Shown piece after piece: positions 42,321 through 54,228 of a DNA stretch of 64,000 nt. The translations under genes were made by a program, and so were the position numbers. The DNA is taken from the NCBI RefSeq assembly GCF_006345805.1, contig NC_043005.1:33294001-33358000 (forward strand), in the 5' to 3' direction. Positions within the stretch are counted from its first letter, which is position 1. The number at the start of each line of letters is the position of its first letter. Under the pieces are notes generated by a model. That model did not search any database. It had not been told where the DNA came from and saw only the letters and a program-made list of their open reading frames with translations. Source of the stretch: Octopus sinensis. Taxonomy: Eukaryota.

Positions 42321-42415
42321 CACTACGTACGTTCCATGGCCATAACCCAATTCGAATCACAATAATTTACATTCAATTAAAAATTCGAATTATAATCATA
42401 GTCAATCTTCAGGTT
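42321..42415 (-). ncRNA. Degenerate hammerhead motif in a PLE terminal-repeat fragment
   Basis: CTGAAGA...CCAT-GGAA-CGTACG-TA-GTG. Palindromic stem III ACGTACGT; core A13 is changed to G. Confidence 0.55.
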
Positions 42416-42822
42416 AAAGATAATTGTTAAATAAATATACATACATATATATATATACATATACATACATATATATATACAAATACATACATATATATAT
42501 ATATATATATACATATACATACATATATATATATATATATACATATACATACATATATATACATATACATACATATACATACATATACATATATATATAC
42601 ATATATATATATACATATATATATATATACACATATATACATATATATATACACATAAATATATACATACATATATATATACATATACATATACATACAT
42701 ATATATATACATATACATACATATATATATATACACATATATACATATATATATACACATATACATATACATACATATATATATACATATACATATACAT
42801 ACATATATATATACATATACAT

Positions 42823-42855
<33 letters not shown>

Positions 42856-43102
42856 CATACATATACATACATATATATATATATATATATGCATACATAT
42901 ATATATTATACATGGAGTGGTTGGCGTTAGGAAGGGCATCCAGCTGTAGAAACATTGCCAGATAAAGACCGGAGCCTGGTGCAGCCTTCTGGCTTCCCAG
43001 ATCCCCGGTCGAACCGTCCAACCCATGCTAGCATGGAGAACGGACGTTAAACGATGATGATGATGATGATGATGATACATATGCATACATATATATATAT
43101 AT

Positions 43103-43141
<39 letters not shown>

Positions 43142-44012
43142 TATATGCATATATATATATACCTATATATACGTATATATACACATGTATATATACACAT
43201 ACACAGATATACATATTCATATATGCATATACATATATGTATGTATATGCATATATATCATCATTATCATCATCATCGTCTAATGTCCATTTTCCATGCT
43301 AGCATGGGTTGGACGGTTCGACTGGGGTCTGGAAGCCAGGAGGCTGCACCAGGCCCCAGTATGATCTGGCAGTGTTTCTACAGCTGAATGCCCTTCCTAA
43401 AGCCAACCACTCCGTGAGTGTAGTGAGTACTTTTTAGGTGCCACTGGTACAGGGGGCGAGAGCAGGCTGGAAATGGCCACGTTCGGTTAGTGCTTTTTAC
43501 CTGCCACTGGCATGGACACCAGTCAAGGCAGCGCTTCATCGGCCACATTCGGATGGTGTTTTTTACATGCCACCAGAAATTTCCATTTGATTTTATTTTG
43601 ATGTTGATGCACTTGACTCAATAGGTCTCCTGAAGCACAGCAGGTTGCCCTATGATCCAAGGTTAGCACAGCAGGCCGTCCTGCGAGCCATGAACTCACT
43701 TCATTTGTCGGGTCTTCTCAGTCACAGCATATCTCCAGCCTTCGAAGGTCATGCTTGACCACCTCATCCCATGTCATCTATTTATATATATATACATATA
43801 ATAAATATTAGGGAATAAATCCAAACTTACAGGGAAAAATCAGATTTAGGATTGAATCCAATTTTATAGTAAAATATTATATTATATTAAATTAGAGATA
43901 AAACCACTATTAGGCCAATCATACAATGAAAAACTTAAGCCAATACATAAGATTATTTAATTTATATTATTTAAATATATAACAAAATTATTTAAAAAAA
44001 TAATTAATATAA

Positions 44013-44075
44013 CACTACGATCGTTTCATGGCTGTTAATTCTTTAAATTTTCGAGTTACAGTCATTCATCAGGTG
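44013..44075 (-). ncRNA. Type I hammerhead ribozyme in the left palindrome arm
   Basis: CAC-CTGATGA-ATGACTGT...ACAGCCAT-GAAA-CGATCG-TA-GTG. Confidence 0.75.
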
Positions 44076-44158
44076 GTTTAAATATTTAACTTGGCGAGGT
44101 TTAATCAATGATTAATATAAATACATTGATTAAACCTCGCCAAGTTAAATATTTAAAC

Positions 44159-44222
44159 CACCTGATGAATGACTGTAACTCGAAAAATTAAAGAAATTAA
44201 CAGCCATGAAATGATTGTAGTG
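44159..44222 (+). ncRNA. Mirror hammerhead in the right palindrome arm, with two C-to-T changes in stem III
   Basis: CAC-CTGATGA-...-GAAA-TGATTG-TA-GTG. Confidence 0.7.
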
Positions 44223-44478
44223 TTATATTAATTATATTTTTTTTAATAATTTTGTTATATATTTAAATAATATAAATTAATAATCTTATGTATTGGCTTA
44301 AGTTTTTCATTGTATGATTTGCCTAATAGTGGTTTTATCTCTAATTTAATATAATATATATACATATATATAATAAATGTATATATATACATATATATAT
44401 ATATACATTTATTTATATATACATATGTATATATATATACATATACTTATATATATATACACACACTTATATATATAT

Positions 44479-44539
<61 letters not shown>

Positions 44540-44579
44540 TTTATAAATATATGTATATTTAGAATCCTGTGGATTCTAA

Positions 44580-44811
44580 ATGACATGGCTGTAGTGTCTA
44601 ACAAGGAGACTGTCCAGAAGAGTTGCAGGGGATTCCAAAGTCGTCTGGAGACTGTGATTGAAGCCAATGGCGATTTTAGTGAATAAATTTACTCTTTAGT
44701 ATTTCAAGATATTTTTAGGTAATTTTGTTAAATATATCTGTTAGAATGAGATGTCAGTGTTATTTTCATTTTTGCATAATTTAGACAACAGTTTATTCGC
44801 CGCATCCTGTG
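44580..44811 (+). mobile_element. Tc1/mariner (maT-like) 3' end
   Basis: [27 protein letters not shown] followed by TIR-like TTATTCGCCGCATCCTG. Confidence 0.7.
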
Positions 44812-44834
44812 TATATCATATATACACTAAAGGA

Positions 44835-45020
44835 GATATATAGAAAGGGGAGAATTCACAAAAAAACAAAACGCGAAGATAGGTGGTGTAGACAATAAAC
44901 AGATATATTAGTTTAATGCTCAGGAAATGAAAAAGTCTTTAACGTTTCGAGCCTACGCTCTTACATAGAAAGGAACACAGAAAGAAACAAGGGGAGAAAA
45001 TAAAGAATGTGTAGTGGCTA
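44835..45020 (-). mobile_element. Solo PLE terminal-repeat fragment with an eroded hammerhead (44936-44972)
   Basis: Homologous to 960-1110. AGAGCGTAGGCTCGAAACGTTAAAGAC is conserved; the core reads CTATGTA. Confidence 0.7.
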
Positions 45021-45023
45021 GAA

Positions 45024-45060
<37 letters not shown>

Positions 45061-45189
45061 CATGTGTGTGTGTGTGTATGTGTACTAGGATATATATATA
45101 TATATATATATATATATTACATATACATTAAGGAAAGTATATAGAAGTATATATATTACAGATACATTACAGGAGGTATATAGTAATAT

Positions 45190-45519
45190 ACTAGCAGTAT
45201 CGCCCGGCGTTGCTCAGGTTGTAAGGGAAATAACTATAAAGGCATTTTAGAGAGTTATAGCAAAAAAATGGAAAAAAATGATGGTAAATTATCCGGTTTG
45301 TGTTTCTGATTCTCGACCCCATGTCGAATTTATCGATTTTTTTCAGAACTGGGGGAACTTTTCAAAATTTTCGCTGCGTTAGTTTTGAATTATGACATTG
45401 GGCTATGTGTGTGTCAAGTTTCATCAGAATCGGTTGAAAGCTGTGGTCAGGGTGAGGGTACAAGCAAACAGACACACAGAAACACGCACAGACAAACTGC
45501 CGTTTATATATAGAGAGAT
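45190..45519 (+). mobile_element. Helitron-like non-autonomous element
   Basis: ACTAGCAGTATCGCCCGGCGTTGCTC ... ACAGACAAACTGCCGTTTATATATAGAGAGAT. Confidence 0.65.
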
Positions 45520-45680
45520 AAATAACAACAAAATTTAGCCTGTATGTGTTTCATTGACCTGCTACAAAAAGTAGCGAAACTTCTTTTTTTTAAATTTTTA
45601 TACCGAATAGAGAAACCAATTTTATAGTGTGTGTGTGTGTGTGTGTGACGTCTGAATATTACATTGTAGATTATATATAC

Positions 45681-46067
45681 ACTAGCAGTATCGCCTGGCG
45701 TTGCTCAGGTTTGTAAGGGAAATAACTATAAAGCATTTTTAGAGAGTTATAGCCAAAAAATAGCAAAAAAATGGAAAAAAAATTATGGTAAATTTTTTTT
45801 GAGAGTAAAAAAGGTTGAGTTGCGTCCCCTAGACAGTCTGTGGTTTGTTTTTTTTTATTCTCGACCCCATGTCGAATTTATCGATTTTTTTCAGAACTGG
45901 GGGAACTTTTCAAAATTTTCGCTGCGTTAGTTTTGAATTATGACATTGGGCTATGTGTGTGTCAAGTTTCATCAGAATCGGTTGAAAGCCGTGGTCAGGG
46001 TGAGGGTACGAGAAAACAGACACACAGAAACACGCACAGACAAACTGCCGTTTATATAGAGAGAGAT
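45681..46067 (+). mobile_element. Helitron-like non-autonomous element, second nearby copy
   Basis: Near-identical to 45190-45519, with ~55 additional internal bases. Confidence 0.65.
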
Positions 46068-46347
46068 TACATATACATTATAGGAGATATACATATATAT
46101 TACATATACATATTTTACATATGTGTGAAAGAGTAAATGCAAGTAACAAGCCATCATAACAGAGCTGTTAAACTCCCAGGAAAACAAACTGGGAAACCTT
46201 GAGTGGATTCTGTAATACAATAATTTTGTTTACTCTAACATCTGTATGAAAGGCATGAATATCACAAAATCCCATTTACCTATGTCCTGAAATCAACAAC
46301 AGCATTAAACACATGGCCTTAATACTGATAATCAAAAACCAACACCC

Positions 46348-46567
46348 TTAACCCTTTTGATACCAACCCATCTGAGACTACATTTAGTCCCGTGATATAA
46401 GCATTCTGCTATATGTGATCAAAATTTAAAACATTCCATCAAAATTTTTCTGTTAATTTATGTTCCAAGCACCAAATTTATAATGACAAAGTTATTTTAC
46501 TAAATTGTTCATTATTTCTAAAATTAATTAAAGCAAAGGCAGTGCATTTTTGGTAACAAAAGGTTAA
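46348..46567. mobile_element. piggyBac-like MITE with TTAA flanks
   Basis: TTAA-CCCTTTTGATACC ... GGTAACAAAAGG-TTAA; related copy at 58919-59147. Confidence 0.75.
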
Positions 46568-47094
46568 AATATGTGGCATTAATATTGGTGATCAAACAGT
46601 AACACTCTTAATCATATGGCCTTACCCTAATAAATACATTTTTTTCTAGTCAAGGGAATGCTTTCCATTTGAAAGTCTGTTTTATTGCTCAGCTGTTGCA
46701 ATTAAGCAATATTCTGTTTTTGCAGCACCCAAAGGAATTAGCTGTTAAATGTTTATCTTTCACCAATATGCAACCTCATACATTTTACTTATCATAGCGA
46801 TCTTACTATGGAATATTTTCCCAGATCTCTCATTATGATATGTTGTAAAAAAATAGTAGAGGGATAATAATGGGTCCTAATATAGGCACAAGGCTAACAA
46901 TTTTGAAACGTTAGTAAACAACGTTCACTGCAGTACTTGACTGGCACTTTATTTTATTGATCTTTAAAGGATGACTCCAGCAAAATTTGAGCCAGTTGAA
47001 ATGCTGTAAAGCGCTTCTGCTGTAACTCTAACAATTTTACCAACTTGCTACCCAAAGAGAGATAACGACAGCAGGGATAATAATAATAAATAGA

Positions 47095-47790
47095 AAACTT
47101 ATACAAAATAACAACTGGACTGGACAAATACTTATAAGAAAAGAGTAAAAGTTTTGTAAATGTAATAAAGAAACACTATGAGCAAAAACTTCTTCTCTAT
47201 ACACAAAGAAGCAACAACACAGAAAGCAAGAACAGACTACATTGAAACAATAAATTTAGAAATCAACACAAAGAAATGGTTAAAGACACAAAAAAACATG
47301 AAAACAAAATTATAAAACATATTCAAGAAGAAATGGAGAGAAAACCCACTCCATGGTCAATACCCTGCAAGGCTCACTAAAGAAGTAAGCAAAAGTCAAC
47401 AATATCTCAGAAGCTCCAGCCCAAAAGCAGAAATGGAGGGACTGATCCAATCTGCAGAAGACCAATGTCTGACTACAAACAACTATAGAAATAAAATCAT
47501 GAAAATGGACCCCAACACTAAATGCAGAATCTACAACCAGTACAAGACAGTCGACTACATAATTTCCGGTTGCCCTGTCCTTACCAAGTCTGAGTATAAT
47601 ATACACAAGCATGATAATATTGATAACTACATCTACTGGGTAATATGCCAACACGTCAACGTAAAAGCAAATAAGAAGTGGTACAAACATGTGCCAAACA
47701 TGATAAATAGCAATAACCTGGCCACAATAAACTGTGATATGCCCATTCAGGCTGACAAAGAAATCAAGGTGAATCATTCAGACATACTTT
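47095..47790 (+). mobile_element. Dong/R4-clade LINE C-terminal fragment (CCHC region)
   Basis: WREKPLHGQYP..EGLIQSAEDQCLTTNNY..CRIYNQYKTVDYIISGCPVLTKSEY..HDN..YWVIC. Confidence 0.75.
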
Positions 47791-48729
47791 AAAAATCCAT
47801 GTAATTTGTGCACCTGTGTAATTTACGCAGGTGACTTTCAGGATAAAAATTATTAGAAAAAGCTTCTACTCATGTAAAATTTGCACCCAAAAGTTTTCAG
47901 AATTGTCAATACGACCAGGGGGAAAAGGTTTTCAATTTAGTTGTATTTAGCATAATTCCACTTACTTATGATTGGATTTTATTAAATTTTCATAAAATAA
48001 AAATAATTTCTGTTTAACACATTAAAGATATTAAATTACAAAGTGTTTGTGTTGATTATAATAAACTTTAATTTACTTTTCTTGCCCACAAGTGACTATG
48101 TCCAAACTTTAGCATACTGCTGTATGTCTTCTCAAATCACAATCACAGGAAAAGTCATTGATAAGAATTACCAACAAAAACAAAGCTGATAAATATGCAC
48201 AAGTATTGCAAATTAAGTTTAATTACCAACAAGCATCACCTTGGATGACACTTTACTCAACTGAGTAAAATATGGCTAAGACTGTGATCACCAGCATGAA
48301 CATTAGACTTCAAAAAGTAGTTAACCATTTAATGATTTTAGTAAATTTATACAGAAAAAGTAAGCATTATACCATTCAGCATAAATAAAAGTCTACTTCA
48401 TTCAATTTAAGCCCTTATTTTTTCTATAAAAAACTATTCTGACATTAAATGAGTCAACTCATTTAATGCTTTAAACATGGCATGAGTATATAAATGAAAC
48501 AAAGCTAATATAGGTATTTTTATACCCAAAGATATTATTATAACTCCTAATTGTCTTAAAGTTGACAAAGCAATGATTTTTTTCATATCATATTCATAAA
48601 TAGCACAAACTCCTGATATAAAAGTAGTTATAATTTAAATAAATACTATAAAATTACAAAAATAACTTACCTCAATTAAATAACTATAAAACCAAATTAA
48701 TAAATATACTCATCTTGCTTCTTAAATGT

Positions 48730-49510
48730 TTGTGGGTGCATCACATTTTTAGCAAGTATCGTACTGTTAATTCTAACAGTGACAAGCAAGGATTCACTCT
48801 GTTATTTGATGTGCCATCCCAGACTGTTGTTTTCATTGACAATACAAATCCTGCATCCTATGAGGCCTCTTCCTCCCATGTTCCTAGGCAAATACAGTGT
48901 CATTCCTTGTTAATTGTCATCACTTTTCTAGTTTTCCTGTCTATTTCCTCAAGCTCGTTCTTTGTCCATCTAACAACACTTGTGCCATATCACATTAAGG
49001 AAACAGCCCATGTGTTCATTGCCCTGATCTTGTTTTTGCCTTTGAGCCTACTGCCCATAATTAATTTGGTTCTTCTGAGATATTCTCACCTAGAGGTTTC
49101 CTTTATTTCACTTTCCTTGATTTTGTTATATTCCAAACTCCCCAGATATTTATATTGATTAGTTTCAATATGCCATTGGACAGTTCTACACCATCAGACA
49201 ACACTACTTTGCCTTTTTGTATTATAAACACACCACACTTTTTAGTCCCAAAGTTCATTCTTATATCCTTACTGATTATCTGCACTGTTGAAACTAGGCC
49301 ATTTATTTCATGTTTGGTCTTCCCAAAGATCTTTAAGTCATCCATATAAAACAGATGATTTAATCTTCCTCCACTTTCTAAGTGTACCCCGATGTCACTT
49401 TCCATATCTGTGTGAGAGGTATCATACAAATCACAAACAGCAATTGTGATAGGCTATCTCCTTCAAATATGCCTCCCTGATGTTGACCCTTGCCAAAAAT
49501 ATACCACATG
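48730..49510 (-). mobile_element. Dong/R4-clade LINE RT fragment
   Basis: GIFEGDSLSQLLFVICMIPL; LNHLFYMDDLKIFGK..DIRMNFGTKKC. Confidence 0.8.
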
Positions 49511-49549
49511 AAGTAAATAATAATAATAATTATTATTATTATTATTATA

Positions 49550-49900
49550 ATTATTTCTTTATTGGCCACAAAGACTGCAAAAAACATTTAGGCCAATACA
49601 AAAACAAATGACGGTGGGGATTTACACAGAAACATATAAACAATAAAATAACAATTTGGAAAAGAATCTTAAAAAAACACCCCAATAATAGGGAACACAC
49701 TATCCAGGAGCATCAAAGAGCCCCACAAATCCCAAGCCAACTTGTTCATCAGGAGTACCATGGCAAGCTCTCCTTTCCCCTCTTCACTCCTCAGACTATA
49801 GGTGCCAACTTAGCGTAGGCCCATTCACTTGGGCCATGAACATTCACCAAACTTTCAACAAATTTATTGGGGGTAGCACATCTCTCTCAAATCTCACCTT
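49550..49900 (-). mobile_element. Probable Tx1-like LINE 3' end fragment
   Basis: TTTCTTTATTGGCCACAAAGACTGCA resembles TTTCTTTATTAGCCACACGGCTGCA at ~5397. Confidence 0.45.
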
Positions 49901-50391
49901 CCTTTTCAAATGGAATTTTAAAAAGTTCCTGGAGTCAAATTTTGGAACAAACTCAGCAATTTTGAGGGGAGAGAGCAAGTTGATTATATTGATCCCAGTA
50001 CTTGACTGGTACTTAAATTTATTGACCTCCAGAAGGACAAAAGGAAAAGCTGACCTCAGTGCAATTTGAACTCAGAAAGTGAAGAGCCAAAACAAATACA
50101 GCAAGGCATTTTGTGCAATTCTCTCATTCTACCAGTCCAGTCTTATATTATTATAACAACAACAATAATAATCCTTTCTGCTGTAAGCACATGGCCAGAA
50201 AATTTGGTGGGAGAGAACTAGTCAATTACATCGAACCCAGTGTTTCACTGGTACTTTAATTATCAACTCTGAAAGGATGAAAGGCAAAGTCAAGCTCAGT
50301 GGAATTTGAACTCAGAATGTAGCAATAGGCGAAATACTGCCAAGCAATTTGTCCAGCATGCTAACGATTCTGCCAGCTTGCCGCCTTAATC

Positions 50392-50433
<42 letters not shown>

Positions 50434-50812
50434 TGATGAATAAACAAATAAGTAGATAAATAAATAGCTATTCATATAATACTAAACAACTTAGGTTTCC
50501 AGAACCTTCCTACCTTGAAGCAAATATGAAAATTAAAAACTACAAAAATAATCAGCAAATACATATACTCCTCTATACAAAGAAACTCTCTAGTTTCAAA
50601 GCCTTCACTTTGATAGTTTGGATTGCATGCTCTTAACGGTTGAACAGATATGCAGATGGCATCTCAGCAATATCAACATCAAAACACTTAACCATCATCA
50701 TATCATAAATACCACAGCAATCATTTTACTGCTATATATATACATTATACATATATATATATATACATATATATATATAACGTATATTATATATATATAT
50801 ATATATAATGTA

Positions 50813-50889
<77 letters not shown>

Positions 50890-51154
50890 GTTATATATAT
50901 ATATATATATGTATGTTATATATATATGTATATGTATATATATAGCAGTAAAGTATATATATATATAATATATATATATAATGTTATATATATATATATA
51001 ATGTATTATATATATATATATATATAGATATATAATGTATATATATATATAGATATATAATGTATATAATTATATATATATAATATATATATATATATAA
51101 TATATAATGATATATATATATATATAATAATGTATATATATATATATATATATA

Positions 51155-51193
<39 letters not shown>

Positions 51194-51228
51194 ATATATA
51201 TATAATGTATATATATATATATTATATA

Positions 51229-51272
<44 letters not shown>

Positions 51273-51309
51273 ATATATATATCTATAGATATATAATGTA
51301 TATAATATA

Positions 51310-51344
<35 letters not shown>

Positions 51345-51360
51345 ATGTTATATATATATA

Positions 51361-51436
<76 letters not shown>

Positions 51437-51603
51437 GTATATATATATATAAATGTAGATATATATAATGTATATATATATATATAATGTATATATATAT
51501 ATATATATATATAATGTATATATAATATATATATATTATAGATATATATATTAATGGATATATATATATATATATATATATATAATGTAATTATATATAT
51601 ATA

Positions 51604-51637
<34 letters not shown>

Positions 51638-52434
51638 AGTCTTTGTGTATGTTTTGTTTTTTTTTGTTTGTATGCTTCATCATAAGGGAAATAAAAGAGT
51701 GCTTTTGAAAATAATTTTCTCCACACGTTAAACGTCAATAGAGCTTTTTATTTTTACAAACACACACATACATACAGACACGCATGCACACACACACACA
51801 CACACACACAAAAATCTATGCAGAGAACAAATTTATCCCAGTAGATTTTCTGTATAAAGAAAACATCAAACAATGTCAACAGACGAGCAAACAGTGTTTG
51901 GTATTGAGTGTGGGAGTCTATAGGGAAAAATTTGTTTTCTGAGACAAAATCACACAATGCACATCATTCGATTCTAGTGTAAAATACATGTACACATCAT
52001 TATTTTGATCTTGGTATTTCGTGTGTACTTATACTGAATTAATTCCAGCTTGACAAGTCTCAGTACAAACTAACAAATGTTTTGTTTGTTGCTTTCTACA
52101 TAGGAACAAAAATACCTGTCAAGCTCCAAATAACTAGGGTAGTATCTATCACTGAGGTGACAAAATTAAACTGAAACACCAGTGTTACAATGGATTCAGT
52201 ATTTGTAGGTGATGAAGAATAACAACACAGAAGCACTTGTCCTACAATTCAATGACTTCAGTCTTAGTTGAATGTGTTTTTGCAGAAGACAGTCAACAAA
52301 TGACATAACAACTGCATGTATGATAATGACATTTGGTGATAACTATCACATGCATGTGTATGTGTGTGTGTGTATAGTATATCATATGTGGTATCAAAAC
52401 ATTAGTAATTTGCTTAATTACAAATGGAATGATC

Positions 52435-54228
52435 ATCATCATCATTTAACTTCTGTTGTCGACCCTGGCATGGGTTGGACGGTTTGACTGGGCTGGCATG
52501 CTGGAAGACTGCAGTCTGATTTAGCTTGGTTTTCTACAGCTGGATGCCCTTCCTAATACCAACCACTGCAAGAGTGTAATGGGTATTTTTATGTGCCACC
52601 AGCACAGGTGCCAGTTGCATGCCACCAGTATCTGCCATGACTGCAATTTTGCTTGGCTTGATGGGTCTTCTTCTCAAGCACAACATAATACCAAAGGTCT
52701 TGGTCATTACCTTCATGAGGCCCAACACTCGAAAGGAACTTGACCACTTTGCAGCCACGGGGCCCAATGCTCAAAAGGAACTTGGCCACTTGCCTACATG
52801 AGGCCCAATGCTCAAAAGGAACTCAGCCGCTATGCCTCCATGAGACCCAACACTTGATGATTTTCTTACAAGCTACCAGCATGGGTGTGCTTGGCTTGAT
52901 GAGTCCACTTAAGCAGAGCACATTGCCAAAGGTCTCAGTCATTAGTCATTGCCTCTGTGAAGTTCAAGGTTCAAAGATCATGCTTCACTACCTCGTCCCA
53001 TGTCTTCCTGAGTTTACCTCTACCACAGGTCCCCTCCACAGTCAAAGATCAACACTTCTTTACACAGCTGTCCTCACCCATACACATCACATGACCATAC
53101 CAGTGCAGTCACCTCACTTGCACACCACATCTGGTTCCTCTTATGGCTAACTTTTCTCTCAAAATACTTACACTACCGAACATTGACAATGCACATCCAG
53201 CAAAGCATACTGGCTTCATTTCTTTCAAGCCTACACATGTCCTTGGCTGTTATAGCCCATGTTTCACTGCCATGCAGCATTACTGTTCACACACAGGTAT
53301 CAAACAATCTGCCTTTTACTCTAAGAAAGAGGCTCTTTGTTGCCAGCAGGGGTAGGAGCTCTCTGAATTTTGCCCAATCTAATCTTATTCTCACAGATAT
53401 GCTCTCAGAAAATCCACCTCCACTACAAACCTGGTTGCCTAGATACTGGAAGCTATCTACTACCACTAGCTTGCCCTACTGGCAGTTGATGGTGTCTATT
53501 TTCCACACATATTCAGCATTTATTATACCTGTGCACTTCCAACATACAAAGGATGGTTTCTCTGTTAACCTTCCTTTGATGTTGCTGCACCTTTTGTCTT
53601 ATGGACTGTCTACCTACACCTTTTCTACAGATTGAGCAGAGCCATCTACCTGAGGGGATTTGTGATTTATCTGCCTTCCTACTTACTGTGACTTTGGTTT
53701 TTGTTAGGTTTTGATTCTATACCTTGTTTTCATACCTGGAACTTCTTCTCTAGTTCAGGTAGTGATTCAGCTATAAGAGCAAGGTCATCAGCATAGAGGA
53801 GCTCCCAAGGGCAGCCTGTCTTGAATTCCTCTTTTATTGCCTGGGGGACTATGAGGAACAAGAGGGTGCTGAGCACCAATCCTTGGTGAACCCCTACTTG
53901 TAATCTGAATTCTCACCCACCCTCAGCTGACTGATAGCATCCCTGTACAAGGCTTGTACAGCTCTCACCAACTACTCGTCTATCCCTAGTTTCTGCATTG
54001 ACCACCAGATAAGGGATTGGGGGACTCTGTCAAAAGCTTTCTCCAAGTCAACAAAAGCTAAATACAGAGATTTATCTTTGGCTAGATATTTCTCCTGAAG
54101 TTGCCTTACCAGAAATATAGCATCAGTGGTGCTTCTACCTGGCACAAACCCAAATTGCATCTCATCTAGACCAACTCTATCCTTGATTAGTTGGGCTATG
54201 ACTCTCTCCATAACTTTCATCACCTAAT
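52435..54228 (-). mobile_element. 5'-truncated, decayed RTE LINE
   Basis: LDEMQFGFVPGRSTTDAIFLVRQLQEKYLAKDKSLYLAFVDLEKAFDRVP; paralog of 40252-42020 with the same 3' UTR. Confidence 0.92.

Larger units (their letters stand above)
43878..44358. repeat. Near-perfect ~480-bp fold-back palindrome (arms ~233 bp, 13-nt spacer at 44111-44123) built from a PLE terminal repeat
   Basis: Direct reverse-complement reading of both arms. Confidence 0.92.

Noticed and set aside
48671-48683. In-frame TGA in one exon chain, suggesting selenocysteine
   Set aside because: Another phase is open (YLIE), no SECIS was identified and the exon model itself is unproven.
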